Source: a virus (lineage: Duplodnaviria > Caudoviricetes). From it: a stretch of 61,611 bases of DNA. Made by a program: the position numbers and the translations under genes. The DNA lies in the IMG/VR virus record IMGVR_UViG_3300032216_000320, positions 1 through 61,611 of that record; one strand, 5' to 3'. The notes under the pieces were generated by a model. It saw only the letters and a list, made by a program, of their open reading frames with translations. It was not told the DNA's origin and did not search any database. Of this stretch, positions 8,643 through 18,568 are shown piece by piece (position 1 is the stretch's first letter; every line of letters begins with the position of its first letter).

Positions 8643-9101
8643 ATGGCAAATACCCAAGCAATGTGCTCATCGTTCCTCGGCGAATTGATGACAGCCACAC
8701 ACAATTTCACTACAAGCACAGGTAACACTTTTAAAGCTGCTTTGTATTTGGCTTCTGCCACAGTGAACGCATCTACAACTGCGTACTCCGCTACTGGCGA
8801 AGTTTCAGGTACAAATTACACTGCTGGCGGCGTGACAGTGACAAACGGCACATCGCCCTTGTCTACAAATACATCTACCACAGCCGGTACAGGCTACTGG
8901 ACACCCAGCGCAAGCATTACATACACCAACGTAACTTTGGGTACTGCTTTTGATGCTGTGTTGATTTACAACTCCACCAACAGTAACAAGGCTGTTAGCG
9001 TGCACACATTCGGTTCACAGACCGTGACTGCCGGTACATTCACGTTGACAATGCCTTCAAACACCACATCAACTGCGTTGCTGCGTTTAGCTACAACCTG
9101 A
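8643..9101 (+). CDS. Tail/virion structural protein, paralog of 8026-8445
   Basis: AAGGA RBS; shared motif. Confidence 0.75.
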   Translation: MANTQAMCSSFLGELMTATHNFTTSTGNTFKAALYLASATVNASTTAYSATGEVSGTNYTAGGVTVTNGTSPLSTNTSTTAGTGYWTPSASITYTNVTLGTAFDAVLIYNSTNSNKAVSVHTFGSQTVTAGTFTLTMPSNTTSTALLRLATT

Positions 9102-9125
9102 TCCTCCATATTAGGAGGGCAGTAA

Positions 9126-9998
9126 ATGGCAACCGCATGGGGCGCGAGTACATGGGGCAGTAATACATGGGGAGGGCAGCAAGCTGCTCTAACCGGTAAT
9201 GCTGCGTCTGGCTCTGTTGGGTCGGTTACTGCATCTGTTGAATACCCCGTACCGATTACGGGCGTAGCGAGTTCCGGTACAGTTGGCTCAGTCGCGATTG
9301 GTTCAATTACTGTTGCATTAACGGGGGTTTCTGCCGCAGGTGCAGTTGGTACGGCTACAGTTGCTGCGCGGTCTTTTGCGCTGACAGGAGTTAATGCTTT
9401 TGGCGATGTGGGCTTGGTTGTCCCTGCCGCAGCCGAAGGCGAAGATGGCGTAGTTGCTACAGGTTCAGTTGGTACAGTAACGCCGACCAGAACAGTTGCT
9501 TTATCGGGCGTATCAGCCACAGGCGCGGTAGCTACTATCGGTTTTACTTACGGCGCTAACGTTAACGGTAATAGTGCAGCAGGTGCTGTTGCAACTCCGG
9601 AGTCTAGCAGAACAGTTGCGTTGACGGGTGTATCCGCTACAGGTGCTGCTGGTACAGCGGTATTTAACTGGCAAGCGGCGGGTATACAGGCTACTGGTTC
9701 TGTTGGCACTGTTTCAATGGGAGCGCGGACAGTTGCGCTTACAGGTATTAGCGGTTCGGGTTTAGTTGGTTCCGATGTACCTGTTAAAGAAGTAGCGATT
9801 ACTGGCGTATCTGGGACAGGCGCAGTTGGCACAATATCAGTTGGGGCAAGGCTTGTCGCTATTACAGGCTCTCAGGCCATGGGTAACGTTGGCAATCTCG
9901 GTGTGTTCTACTGGTCATTAATTAATGACAACAACGATCCAAACTGGCAAAATATCAACACTGTTCAGTCTACGGACTGGACGCTAATTTCTACTTAG
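9126..9998 (+). CDS. Virion protein with ~20-aa repeats (VALTGVSATGAVG)
   Basis: AGGAGG RBS; WG-repeat N-terminus; repeated TGVS.TG.VG. Confidence 0.75.
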   Translation: MATAWGASTWGSNTWGGQQAALTGNAASGSVGSVTASVEYPVPITGVASSGTVGSVAIGSITVALTGVSAAGAVGTATVAARSFALTGVNAFGDVGLVVPAAAEGEDGVVATGSVGTVTPTRTVALSGVSATGAVATIGFTYGANVNGNSAAGAVATPESSRTVALTGVSATGAAGTAVFNWQAAGIQATGSVGTVSMGARTVALTGISGSGLVGSDVPVKEVAITGVSGTGAVGTISVGARLVAITGSQAMGNVGNLGVFYWSLINDNNDPNWQNINTVQSTDWTLIST

Positions 9999-10008
9999 GA
10001 GCCGCAAC

Positions 10009-10977
10009 ATGGCAGCTACAACAGGTCAACTTGGTTTAGTCACCCCAACACAGGGCACGCTCTCTGGTACGTGGGGTGACACGGTCAACAACGGTATTAC
10101 TGAATACGTCAATATTGCCATCGCTGGCACTTTGTCTTTTGCGGGTGACGGCGCTATTACTTTGGCCAACACAACCGGCGATGCAAGTGCAACAAATATT
10201 GGCTCAACCTCGGCGCAGTATGCGGTAATTCGTGTTACCGGCACATTGACCACTACTAAAGTTATTACAGCGCCCAGTTACAGCAAGCTGTACATGGTTG
10301 AGAACGCGGCTACTGGCGGTACTGTAACTTTTAAAGCTTCTGGTCAGTCAGGCGTATCAATCGCTATTGGCGAACGTGCAACGGTTTATTACAATGGCAC
10401 GGATTACGTCAAAGTTGGATCAAACTTTGTAAGTGGTGTACTGCCTGTAGCCAACGGCGGCACAAATGCTTCATCTGCAAGCATCACAGCTTTCAACAAC
10501 ATCACAGGTTACACAGCCTCTGGCGCTACAGGAACAACCAGCACAAACTTGGTGTTCTCTACAAGTCCTACATTGGTAACACCTTTGTTGGGTACGCCAA
10601 CTTCTGGAAACTTATCTAACTGTACTGCTGACGGCACAACTGCTGTTGGTTTCTTGAGCATCCCGCAAAACAGTCAGTCAACGGCGTACACAACTGTGTT
10701 GGCAGACTCTGGCAAGTGCATTTTCCACCCAGCTTCTGATGCCAACGCCCGTACGTTTACTATTGCAGCTAACAGCTCAGTGGCTTATCCTATTGGCACA
10801 GTGCTCCAGTTCATCAACATGACTTCACAAGTTGTAACGATCGCCATCAATACTGATACGCTTACATGGGCGCAGGGTGGCGGCACTGGAAGCCGAAGCT
10901 TGGCGCAATATGGCGTGGCCAACTGCGTTAAAATTGCTTCAACTCAATGGCTCTTAACAGGGACTAACGTAACATGA
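10009..10977 (+). CDS. Tail fibre protein
   Basis: N-terminal GTWG..VN attachment motif; GVLPVANGGT and LVTPLLGTP.SG fibre repeats. Confidence 0.75.
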   Translation: MAATTGQLGLVTPTQGTLSGTWGDTVNNGITEYVNIAIAGTLSFAGDGAITLANTTGDASATNIGSTSAQYAVIRVTGTLTTTKVITAPSYSKLYMVENAATGGTVTFKASGQSGVSIAIGERATVYYNGTDYVKVGSNFVSGVLPVANGGTNASSASITAFNNITGYTASGATGTTSTNLVFSTSPTLVTPLLGTPTSGNLSNCTADGTTAVGFLSIPQNSQSTAYTTVLADSGKCIFHPASDANARTFTIAANSSVAYPIGTVLQFINMTSQVVTIAINTDTLTWAQGGGTGSRSLAQYGVANCVKIASTQWLLTGTNVT

Positions 10978-12398
10978 GCGGAATACTTAGTGCTTTTGTC
11001 GGCGGTTCATACGGATCGCCCCCCGTCAACACTGTTGCTCCAGTTGTTTCTGGAACTGCCACGGTTGGTCAAACACTAAGTACAACCAATGGCACATGGA
11101 CGGGTGTGCCCTCGCCTACGTTTACGTATCAATGGCAACGTGCCGGATCAAACATCGGCAGTGCAACATCCAGCACTTACACGCTTGTGGCTGCTGATGC
11201 AGGCAACACAATTCGCTGCGTGGTGACAGGAACAAACGCTATTGGTTCCTCTTCAGCTAATTCCAACTCAACTGCTTCTGTGGCGGCTACAGTTCCCGGC
11301 GCACCAACAATTGGTACAGCCACATCAACTGGCTCAACAACAGCAACTGTTGCGTACACAGCACCAGCAAGCAACGGCGGTGCAACAATTACTTCTTACA
11401 CTGCGGTGTCTTCGCCCGGAAGTATTACTGGTTCGCTGTCTACTTCAGGCTCTGGAACAATTACAGTTTCTGGTTTGTCACCTTCTACAAGTTATACGTT
11501 TGTGGTGTACGCAACCAACTCTGCTGGTAATAGCGCAAATAGTTCAAGCAGTAATAGCATTACAACAAGCGCGGCAACAGGACAAGCAACATACACATCT
11601 CCCGGAGTGTATTCATGGGTTGTTCCTGCAGGGGTTACTCGTATTTCTGCCATGGCAATATCAGGAGGCGGTGGTGGTCACGGTTCACCTAATGCTGGCG
11701 GTGGTGGCGGCGGTGGCTTGGTTTATACAAATAATGTAACTGTTACTCCGGGCTACACATTTACGGTACGAGTTGGTCAGGGTGGAAGTGGAGGCGCCTC
11801 TGGATATTGTGGTCAGGTAGGAACTCTCTCACAAATTACAGGGCCATGTGGTAGCAATCCTATTATCACTATGGCTGGTGGTGGAGGCGGTAACTCCGGT
11901 ACAGGCGCTAATAATGGAAATGTTTACCAAGGGTCAGGCGCTGTAAATTATGGTGGCAACGGGGGTGGAGGCGCTTACTCCTCAGTTACAGCTGGTGGTG
12001 GAGGCGCGGCTGGATATTCTGGAACAGGTGGTAGAGGCCAAGGTAGTGCTGGGGGTTCAACGGCTGGAAGTGGAGGCGGTGGAGGCGGTGGAGGTGGCGC
12101 TTCCGCTTACTTTAGCAATGCTTCTGGCGCTAATGGTGGCGGTGTTGGAATTTATGGCCAAGGCTCAAATGGTGCTGCTGGTACTGACGGAGGTTGTGGT
12201 GCGGCTGGTGCAGGTGGTGCAGGAAGCGGCGGAAGCGGCCAAAGCTATGGCGGAGGTGGCGCGGGTGGTAGATTTACCTATAACTGTTGCTGTGGTACTT
12301 CGTACTATGGAGGTAATAGTGGCGCAGGTGGCGCAGTTCGCATCTTGTGGCCCGGTAACACTCGCTCGTACCCATCAACTAACACAGGTGACTTGTAA
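10974..12398 (+). CDS. Tail fibre-associated protein: Ig-like + FN3 + glycine-rich domain
   Basis: PVNTVAPVVSG...YQWQR (Ig-like); VPGAPTIGTA...YTFVVYATN (FN3); long GGGG runs. Confidence 0.8.
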   Translation: MSGILSAFVGGSYGSPPVNTVAPVVSGTATVGQTLSTTNGTWTGVPSPTFTYQWQRAGSNIGSATSSTYTLVAADAGNTIRCVVTGTNAIGSSSANSNSTASVAATVPGAPTIGTATSTGSTTATVAYTAPASNGGATITSYTAVSSPGSITGSLSTSGSGTITVSGLSPSTSYTFVVYATNSAGNSANSSSSNSITTSAATGQATYTSPGVYSWVVPAGVTRISAMAISGGGGGHGSPNAGGGGGGGLVYTNNVTVTPGYTFTVRVGQGGSGGASGYCGQVGTLSQITGPCGSNPIITMAGGGGGNSGTGANNGNVYQGSGAVNYGGNGGGGAYSSVTAGGGGAAGYSGTGGRGQGSAGGSTAGSGGGGGGGGGASAYFSNASGANGGGVGIYGQGSNGAAGTDGGCGAAGAGGAGSGGSGQSYGGGGAGGRFTYNCCCGTSYYGGNSGAGGAVRILWPGNTRSYPSTNTGDL

Positions 12399-12916
12399 TG
12401 GAATTATTTATTCGCGTAGATGAAAATGGGAACACCGTAGATCACCCAATTTTGGGAGATAATTTTAGACAAGCGTTTCCTCACATTGATGTTGACAACT
12501 TGCCATCAGAATTTGCAAGGTTTGTTCGTGTTCCTAGTCCTAGCCTAGGTATGTACGAAGTATTGGTAAGTGATGAGCCAAACTATCAAAGAATTGATGG
12601 CGTTTTTACGGATGTTTGGGACATTCGTGAGATGACACCTGAAGAAAAATCGGCAAAGCAACAAGCTGTACGCAATGCTTTTAATGCTCGTCCACAATTT
12701 GAAAATTGGTCAGCATGGGTGCTTGATGAAGCAACTTGCACAATGCAACCGCCAATTCCAAGACCAGATAAAAATCAAGCGCAAATTGCACTGGGTATTT
12801 ATACATATTGGTGTGGTGCTGAAAATGGTTGGAAAGAAACACCAGCCAAACCTAATGATGGCAATGAATACAAGTTTGATTTTTTTATTTGGGAATGGAT
12901 TGTAATTACGCCATGA
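12398..12916 (+). CDS. Tail fibre assembly-like protein
   Basis: Follows the fibre genes; W..DE.TC...PPIP.P motif. Confidence 0.55.
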   Translation: MELFIRVDENGNTVDHPILGDNFRQAFPHIDVDNLPSEFARFVRVPSPSLGMYEVLVSDEPNYQRIDGVFTDVWDIREMTPEEKSAKQQAVRNAFNARPQFENWSAWVLDEATCTMQPPIPRPDKNQAQIALGIYTYWCGAENGWKETPAKPNDGNEYKFDFFIWEWIVITP

Positions 12917-13617
12917 GTAAAGTAACAAAGAAACAAAAAGTATGCAAAGCCGCTGAATCAGTGGCGCAAGTGGTGCAAAACACGCAACTTCAAGTTGCAT
13001 ACCATTTTCCTTGCCCAATTTACATCATTGAACGTCCTGATTTTTTAGAGGCGGTTAAAGCGGTTTCTGAAGAATCGTTGGAACGGCAGCGAAAAGTGCG
13101 CGACTTGGATGAGATTTACCCAATCTACCAATCAGAAAGTTATTTTGCTGACCCTCGCGTAGCCGCGTTTACTGAGTTTGCTGGCGCTACTGCTTGGAAC
13201 ATTTTAAACGAGCAAGGCTATGCCATGCAGAATATGGCGGTGCAGTTTACAGAAATGTGGACACAAGAGCATCACAAGCATTCAGCAATGGACGCGCACG
13301 TTCACGGGTATGGCTCTCAAATTGTTGGTTTTTATTTCCTTGAGACACCTGAAAATTGCTCCCGTGTGGTGTTCCATGACCCGCGTTCAGCCAAAGTGCA
13401 GATTGATTTGCCAGAGCAGGATGTGAACATGGCAACTCCCGCCAGCAAGATGATTAACTTTACGCCAAAACCCGGCATGATGATTTTTGCTAACTCATGG
13501 TTGATGCACTCGTTTACACGTCATGCAGCAGAGCAACCCATCAAGTTTGTGCACTTTAATTTGACGGTGATCCCTCAGCAAACTTGTGAGTTACCTCCAG
13601 CCGCTGAAATTGTATGA
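12913..13617 (+). CDS. 2OG-Fe(II) oxygenase-like protein (HxH...H type; start revised to MSKVTK)
   Basis: AHVHG..IVGFYFL...FHDPR...PKPGMMIFANSWLMH double-stranded beta-helix pattern. Confidence 0.8.
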   Translation: MSKVTKKQKVCKAAESVAQVVQNTQLQVAYHFPCPIYIIERPDFLEAVKAVSEESLERQRKVRDLDEIYPIYQSESYFADPRVAAFTEFAGATAWNILNEQGYAMQNMAVQFTEMWTQEHHKHSAMDAHVHGYGSQIVGFYFLETPENCSRVVFHDPRSAKVQIDLPEQDVNMATPASKMINFTPKPGMMIFANSWLMHSFTRHAAEQPIKFVHFNLTVIPQQTCELPPAAEIV

Positions 13618-13868
13618 ACACGTACCAGATCAGATTCAACAAAACCCGTGGGCAAGCTGGCCGCGGTTCGATGGATCACGTCTGGCGTGTTTTTGAAAAC
13701 GGCAAAGAGTTTTTGTTTAAGAACCTTGACATCACTGCACCCATCAAAAGCGAAAAAGATGCGAATGGCGTGGATTACAACATTGTCTGCCAAGGCTACA
13801 TGACGATTGATCGAGATACCTCGACTGCCGTTATCACAGCCAAGGTAAAAGTACATGAATTAGTATGA
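13614..13868 (+). CDS. Hypothetical protein
   Basis: ATGA overlap with the upstream gene. Confidence 0.65.
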   Translation: MNTYQIRFNKTRGQAGRGSMDHVWRVFENGKEFLFKNLDITAPIKSEKDANGVDYNIVCQGYMTIDRDTSTAVITAKVKVHELV

Positions 13869-13871
13869 TAA

Positions 13872-14156
13872 ATGCGCTGGCTTCTTCTACCACTGTTGCT
13901 GTGTCTGGCAGGAGCCACCGCAAATGAAAGATGTGTTGTTAATGACTTCTACGGGTTAAGTTGGATCGGTGATCCAAGCCTGCGGCATTCGCAGTTGTCC
14001 ATGTGGCTGACTACGAATGGTGGTAATTGCAGTACAGAGCAGTTGCTGGTGATCTGGAACAACTTGGCGATGTGGGCGGGGGCGGCGGATTCGTCAGAGC
14101 TTAGAGTCAAGCTGCTTCATGCGTATGCAAGGGCGGCGGAGCGTGAAAAGAAATGA
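13872..14156 (+). CDS. Exported protein with signal peptide
   Basis: MRWLLLPLLLCLAGATA N-terminus. Confidence 0.6.
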   Translation: MRWLLLPLLLCLAGATANERCVVNDFYGLSWIGDPSLRHSQLSMWLTTNGGNCSTEQLLVIWNNLAMWAGAADSSELRVKLLHAYARAAEREKK

Positions 14157-14392
14157 TCCAGCTCCACAAATGGTTTCCTTTTGTACTGCCCGGGCCGCAT
14201 GACATTAGGGCCATCGCTGTGGAGCGCCGCGCTGAAAGACTTGAATTTGAGCAGAGGCAGGAAGAAAAAGCCGAAAAGGTGCGCAAGGCTGTTGAAACGT
14301 ACGACCTTGAGTTGTACAACAAACGTGCCGAGCAGCACAGTGTTGAGCTTGAGATGTTCAAAGACCGCAAACGATTTGATAAATTTGCTTAG
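14153..14392 (+). CDS. Hypothetical charged/coiled protein
   Basis: ATGA overlap; lies in the lysis region. Confidence 0.55.
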   Translation: MIQLHKWFPFVLPGPHDIRAIAVERRAERLEFEQRQEEKAEKVRKAVETYDLELYNKRAEQHSVELEMFKDRKRFDKFA

Positions 14393-14400
14393 GAGTTGAA

Positions 14401-14661
14401 ATGGATAAGCAGCAAGATATAGATCGCAGACTGACATACTCGGTCACTATGATGGTGGCCTCCACGCTTTGCTTGTCGGTATTGGGTATGGTAGGGGCTT
14501 TCTTGCTCGGCTTATGGGCTAAGGAAGTTGATAATGCCGAGATCTTCAGTATGCTTCACCCGGCTTTCCAAACCATCATCGGTGGCTTCATCGGCCTTCT
14601 GGCTGGCGTAAAGTTGGGCCAAGGCAACAAGAACAACCACTGTAAACACTGCGGAGAATAA
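14401..14661 (+). CDS. Two-TM membrane protein
   Basis: AGGAG RBS; two hydrophobic helices. Confidence 0.65.
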   Translation: MDKQQDIDRRLTYSVTMMVASTLCLSVLGMVGAFLLGLWAKEVDNAEIFSMLHPAFQTIIGGFIGLLAGVKLGQGNKNNHCKHCGE

Positions 14662-14663
14662 CC

Positions 14664-15158
14664 ATGTTTGATATTTTATCTGGGGGCTTACTTGGCTCCA
14701 TCTTTGGCGGCGTGTTCCGCCTTGCGCCTGAAGTCTTGAAATATTTTGACAAGGCTAATGAACGCAAACACGAGTTGGCAATGTTTGAACAACAATGTCA
14801 ATTAGAAACCTTGCGTGGTCAGCAGAAGTTGGCTGAGATTGGCGCACAGCGTGAGGCCGCAGTAGATGTGGGCGTTATGGATGCGTTCAACTCCGCCATT
14901 CAACAACAAGCCGATATGGTTAAAGCTGCCGGTGGTTGGGCTGCATCGTTGTCTGCATCCGTTCGTCCAGTCGTTACTTACTGGGTATTGTTTATCTGGA
15001 GCTTCATCCATGTTTGGTTTGCCTATAACGCATGGACTATGGGTTCTCCCCCAACCGAAGTGTTCAAAACAATGATGACTCCAGACTTCTCGGCTTTGCT
15101 GGCTGGGACAATTAATTTCTGGTTCCTCGACCGTACTTTGGCTAAACGTGGGCTATGA
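14664..15158 (+). CDS. Holin-like membrane protein
   Basis: ASVRPVVTY TM segment, FWF..R C-terminus, directly before the lysozyme. Confidence 0.7.
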   Translation: MFDILSGGLLGSIFGGVFRLAPEVLKYFDKANERKHELAMFEQQCQLETLRGQQKLAEIGAQREAAVDVGVMDAFNSAIQQQADMVKAAGGWAASLSASVRPVVTYWVLFIWSFIHVWFAYNAWTMGSPPTEVFKTMMTPDFSALLAGTINFWFLDRTLAKRGL

Positions 15159-15598
15159 ACCTAGAGTTAGCCGCCTCTCTGTGCCGTCAGTTTGAGGGCT
15201 ACCGTGCCAAGCCGTACCTGTGTCCGGCTGGCATTCCCACGATTGGATACGGCAGTACCTATTACTCTGATGGCCGTAAGGTAGATTTAAACGATCCACC
15301 GATGGATGAACCCACGGCTCGGGCACTTTTGATGGTTGAGCTAAACCATACTTACCTACCCGGAGTTTTGCGTAACTGCCCCGGTCTAATTACTGACGAG
15401 CGTAAGTGCAACGCCATAGTTGACTTCTGCTACAACCTTGGTATAGGACGCTTGCAAACAAGCACGTTAAAGAGGAAAATCAACGCCAATGATTGGGACG
15501 GGGCCAAGGAACAACTGATGCTCTGGACTAAAGGGGGCGGCAAGGTACTGCCGGGACTACTAAAACGCCGCACTGCCGAGTGCGCACTGCTGGACTAA
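15155..15598 (+). CDS. Endolysin, GH24 phage lysozyme
   Basis: FEG...YLCPAGIPTIGYG...YNLG...W.K.GG.VLPGL..RR..E. Confidence 0.92.
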   Translation: MNLELAASLCRQFEGYRAKPYLCPAGIPTIGYGSTYYSDGRKVDLNDPPMDEPTARALLMVELNHTYLPGVLRNCPGLITDERKCNAIVDFCYNLGIGRLQTSTLKRKINANDWDGAKEQLMLWTKGGGKVLPGLLKRRTAECALLD

Positions 15599-15601
15599 CC
15601 G

Positions 15602-17668
15602 ATGCCATTACAAAAGATTCTGTTTAAGCCGGGCGTCAACCGGGAGAATACTCGCTACACAAATGAGGGTGGCTGGTATGAGTGCGACAAGGTTCGTTTT
15701 CGTCAAGGCACTCCGGAAGTTATTGGCGGCTGGCAACCCATCTCCGGCTACACATACCAAGGCGTATGCCGATCACTTTGGAATTGGTCCTCACTGGCTG
15801 GCGCTAACTATATTGGCGTTGGCACAAACGTTAAATTTTACGTTGAAAATGGTGGGTACTACTATGACATCACGCCGATTGCTTCCACAGTAACGCTGGG
15901 CACAAACCCATTTACGGCCAACGGCACAACCACAGTAACAGTTACAGCCTCAACAACCGGTTTGACGATTGGCACGTTTGTCACGTTCTCTGGCGCTACT
16001 GGTACATACGCTTCTACTTTTAACGCCCAGTACCAAATTCAAACTGTAGGCGCTAGCTCATTTACGATCACAGTTGGCTCGGCTTTGACTGCTGGATCGT
16101 ACGGTGGCTCTGCTGTTTCTGCGGCTTTCCAAGTAAGCGCTGGCCCTGCCACTCCTGTTCCTTTGCTTGGTTGGGGCGCTGGTACTTGGGGGCAGTTGGG
16201 CACAACATGGGGTAACGGCGGCACTTCTACATCAGCACTGCGCTTGTGGAACCAAATTAACTACGGCCAAGATTTAGTCTACGGCCCCCGTGGTGGTGGG
16301 TTGTACTACTGGTCAGCGACATCCGGTACAGGCACTCGCGGCGTGTTGCTTAACTCCAAAGGCGGCACAGTCACGTTTACTAATGCTTCCCCCACGCTTG
16401 TTACCTCTACGATTGAGTACACAGAAGGCGCGGCTTTGCAATTCTCAGGTGGCTCTTTACCGTCTGGAGTTTCTGCGGCAACTACGTACTATGTGTATCA
16501 AGTTAACGGGCTGACATTTAATTTGTTGGATACTGCGGGAAACCCCGTCAATACAACTTCTACAGGCTCTGGCTCGGTGTCACTGATTGTGGACGTGCCA
16601 ACTGTGCAGAACAATCTGACAGTTTCGGACACTTCCCGTTTTGTGATTGTGTTTGGTTGCAACGATTACGGCTCGAGCACAATGGATCCAATGTTGATTC
16701 GCTGGTCTGCGCAAAACGACCCGTACAACTGGACACCTGACCCGACTAACCAAGCTGGGTTTGTTCGCCTTTCTCATGGCTCACAGATTGTGACCACGGT
16801 TCAGACCCGCCAAGAGATTGTTGTGATTACCGACTCAAGCGTGTATTCGCTCCAGTACCTTGGCCCCCCATACGTGTGGGCACCGCAGTTGCTAGGTGAC
16901 AACATTTCAATCATGAGTCCCAACGCGGCTGTGATTGCTTCTGGTGTTATCTACTGGATGGGCGTTGACAAGTTCTATGTATATGATGGTCGTGTACAGA
17001 CGCTTAACTGCGACCTGCGCCGCTACGTTTTCCAAGACCTTGACCAGACACAGGCATTGCAAGTTTTCTGCGGCACAAACGAAGGCTTCAACGAAGTGTG
17101 GTGGTTCTATTGCTCTTCTGGCAGCTCAACCGTAGACAAGTACGTGGTGTACAACTACCTTGAGAAAGTCTGGTACTACGGCACGATGGCACGCACAGCA
17201 TGGTTGGATTCTGGCTTACTGCCGTTCCCGATTGCAGCAACATATAGCAACAACATCGTCTTCCATGAAGACGGGTTAAATGACAACACAACAGGTACAA
17301 ATAACGCGATTGATGCTTATATCAGTTCGTCTGAGTTCGATATTGGCGACGGCCACAACTTTGGTTTTGTCTGGCGCGTGCTTCCGGATTTAACTTTCTC
17401 TGATTCATCTAACGCACCCAACGGCGATGTGCCCAAGGTAACAATGACGTTGTACGGTCTGACCAATTCGGGTTCCGGCAGGACAAGTAGCGCAAGCCAG
17501 AACGTATCTAGCAGCAGTGCATACGACATTACGGAAGAGTTCACGGGGCAGATTTACACCCGCATGCGTGGCCGTCAAATGATCTTTAAGATTGAGTCAA
17601 ACCAAGTCAACACTGCTTGGCAGTTGGGCGCACCCCGTATCGACATTAGACCGGACGGCAGACGCTAA
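15602..17668 (+). CDS. Tail hub / DNA stabilisation protein (P22 gp10 / tubular B-like)
   Basis: 688 aa, beta-propeller-like; LIRWS, EVWWFY, RTAW motifs; precedes the ejection genes. Confidence 0.7.
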   Translation: MPLQKILFKPGVNRENTRYTNEGGWYECDKVRFRQGTPEVIGGWQPISGYTYQGVCRSLWNWSSLAGANYIGVGTNVKFYVENGGYYYDITPIASTVTLGTNPFTANGTTTVTVTASTTGLTIGTFVTFSGATGTYASTFNAQYQIQTVGASSFTITVGSALTAGSYGGSAVSAAFQVSAGPATPVPLLGWGAGTWGQLGTTWGNGGTSTSALRLWNQINYGQDLVYGPRGGGLYYWSATSGTGTRGVLLNSKGGTVTFTNASPTLVTSTIEYTEGAALQFSGGSLPSGVSAATTYYVYQVNGLTFNLLDTAGNPVNTTSTGSGSVSLIVDVPTVQNNLTVSDTSRFVIVFGCNDYGSSTMDPMLIRWSAQNDPYNWTPDPTNQAGFVRLSHGSQIVTTVQTRQEIVVITDSSVYSLQYLGPPYVWAPQLLGDNISIMSPNAAVIASGVIYWMGVDKFYVYDGRVQTLNCDLRRYVFQDLDQTQALQVFCGTNEGFNEVWWFYCSSGSSTVDKYVVYNYLEKVWYYGTMARTAWLDSGLLPFPIAATYSNNIVFHEDGLNDNTTGTNNAIDAYISSSEFDIGDGHNFGFVWRVLPDLTFSDSSNAPNGDVPKVTMTLYGLTNSGSGRTSSASQNVSSSSAYDITEEFTGQIYTRMRGRQMIFKIESNQVNTAWQLGAPRIDIRPDGRR

Positions 17669-18534
17669 TGGCTAACAATGATCGCATCATTAACCCGGCA
17701 GCCCCTAACTTACCGTTGGGCGGTACAGAGTACGAACGACAGTGGCAAGATCAGTATTCCAACGTTTTGCGCCTGTACTTCAACCAACTGCGTAATGCAC
17801 TGACCGAGTTACTTGGTAATGTTGGCGGGCGGTACGTTGCGTTCCCTTACGGCGCGTTTCACCAAAATGGGTATACAACTTTAACTAACGCTATACCGAC
17901 TTCAGGCTCAACTGCAACTATTGTTGTTGGTTCAACTGTGGGATTTGCATCTGCTGGAACTATTATTATTCAAAAAGAACTAATTAGTTATACAGGCAAA
18001 ACTGCCACTACATTTACGGGCATTACTAGATCGCAGTACGGTTCATCAGGCGCTTCACATGCTGCGGGTGTTTATGTATCGGAAGCTCAGGCGGTACCCT
18101 CTGCAACTACGGCTTTAGCTATCCCATTCGATACGACAGATGCTAGCAATCAAGTGTCTTTAGACCCCACAGATAACACCAAAGTTGTTTTTGCTATTGC
18201 TGGGTATTACAACATCCAGTTCAGCATTCAGCTTTTAAACGCTAAAAGTTCAATAGATAACGTAACTCTTTGGTTTAGGCAGAACACTGTTGACATTCCA
18301 TATTCGGCTGGTATTGCAACCGTTCCTCTTGGCCCCGGCACTACTTTAGGCGCAAGTCTTGTGGCTTGGAACCTAGTTTTACCTGTAAACGCTGGTGATA
18401 ATATCCAGTTAATGATGGCTTCAGAATCTGGAGATACAGTAGCGGGCACTTATCCACCCGGAACAGCACCTGTGCACCCAGCAGCCCCATCCATCATTCT
18501 TACTGCAACATTTGTGTCTGCGCTTCCACCATGA
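17668..18534 (+). CDS. Tail protein with an inserted beta module and C1q-like C-terminus
   Basis: LRLYFNQL N-terminus; G.YNIQFSIQ; module shared with 5547-6476. Confidence 0.6.
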   Translation: MANNDRIINPAAPNLPLGGTEYERQWQDQYSNVLRLYFNQLRNALTELLGNVGGRYVAFPYGAFHQNGYTTLTNAIPTSGSTATIVVGSTVGFASAGTIIIQKELISYTGKTATTFTGITRSQYGSSGASHAAGVYVSEAQAVPSATTALAIPFDTTDASNQVSLDPTDNTKVVFAIAGYYNIQFSIQLLNAKSSIDNVTLWFRQNTVDIPYSAGIATVPLGPGTTLGASLVAWNLVLPVNAGDNIQLMMASESGDTVAGTYPPGTAPVHPAAPSIILTATFVSALPP

Positions 18535-18568
18535 TATTATCGACCAACCCCCATTTTGAGAGGCAAAA

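Noticed and set aside
10974-12398. Diversity-generating retroelement target in the fibre gene
   Set aside because: No reverse transcriptase and no template/variable repeat pair seen.
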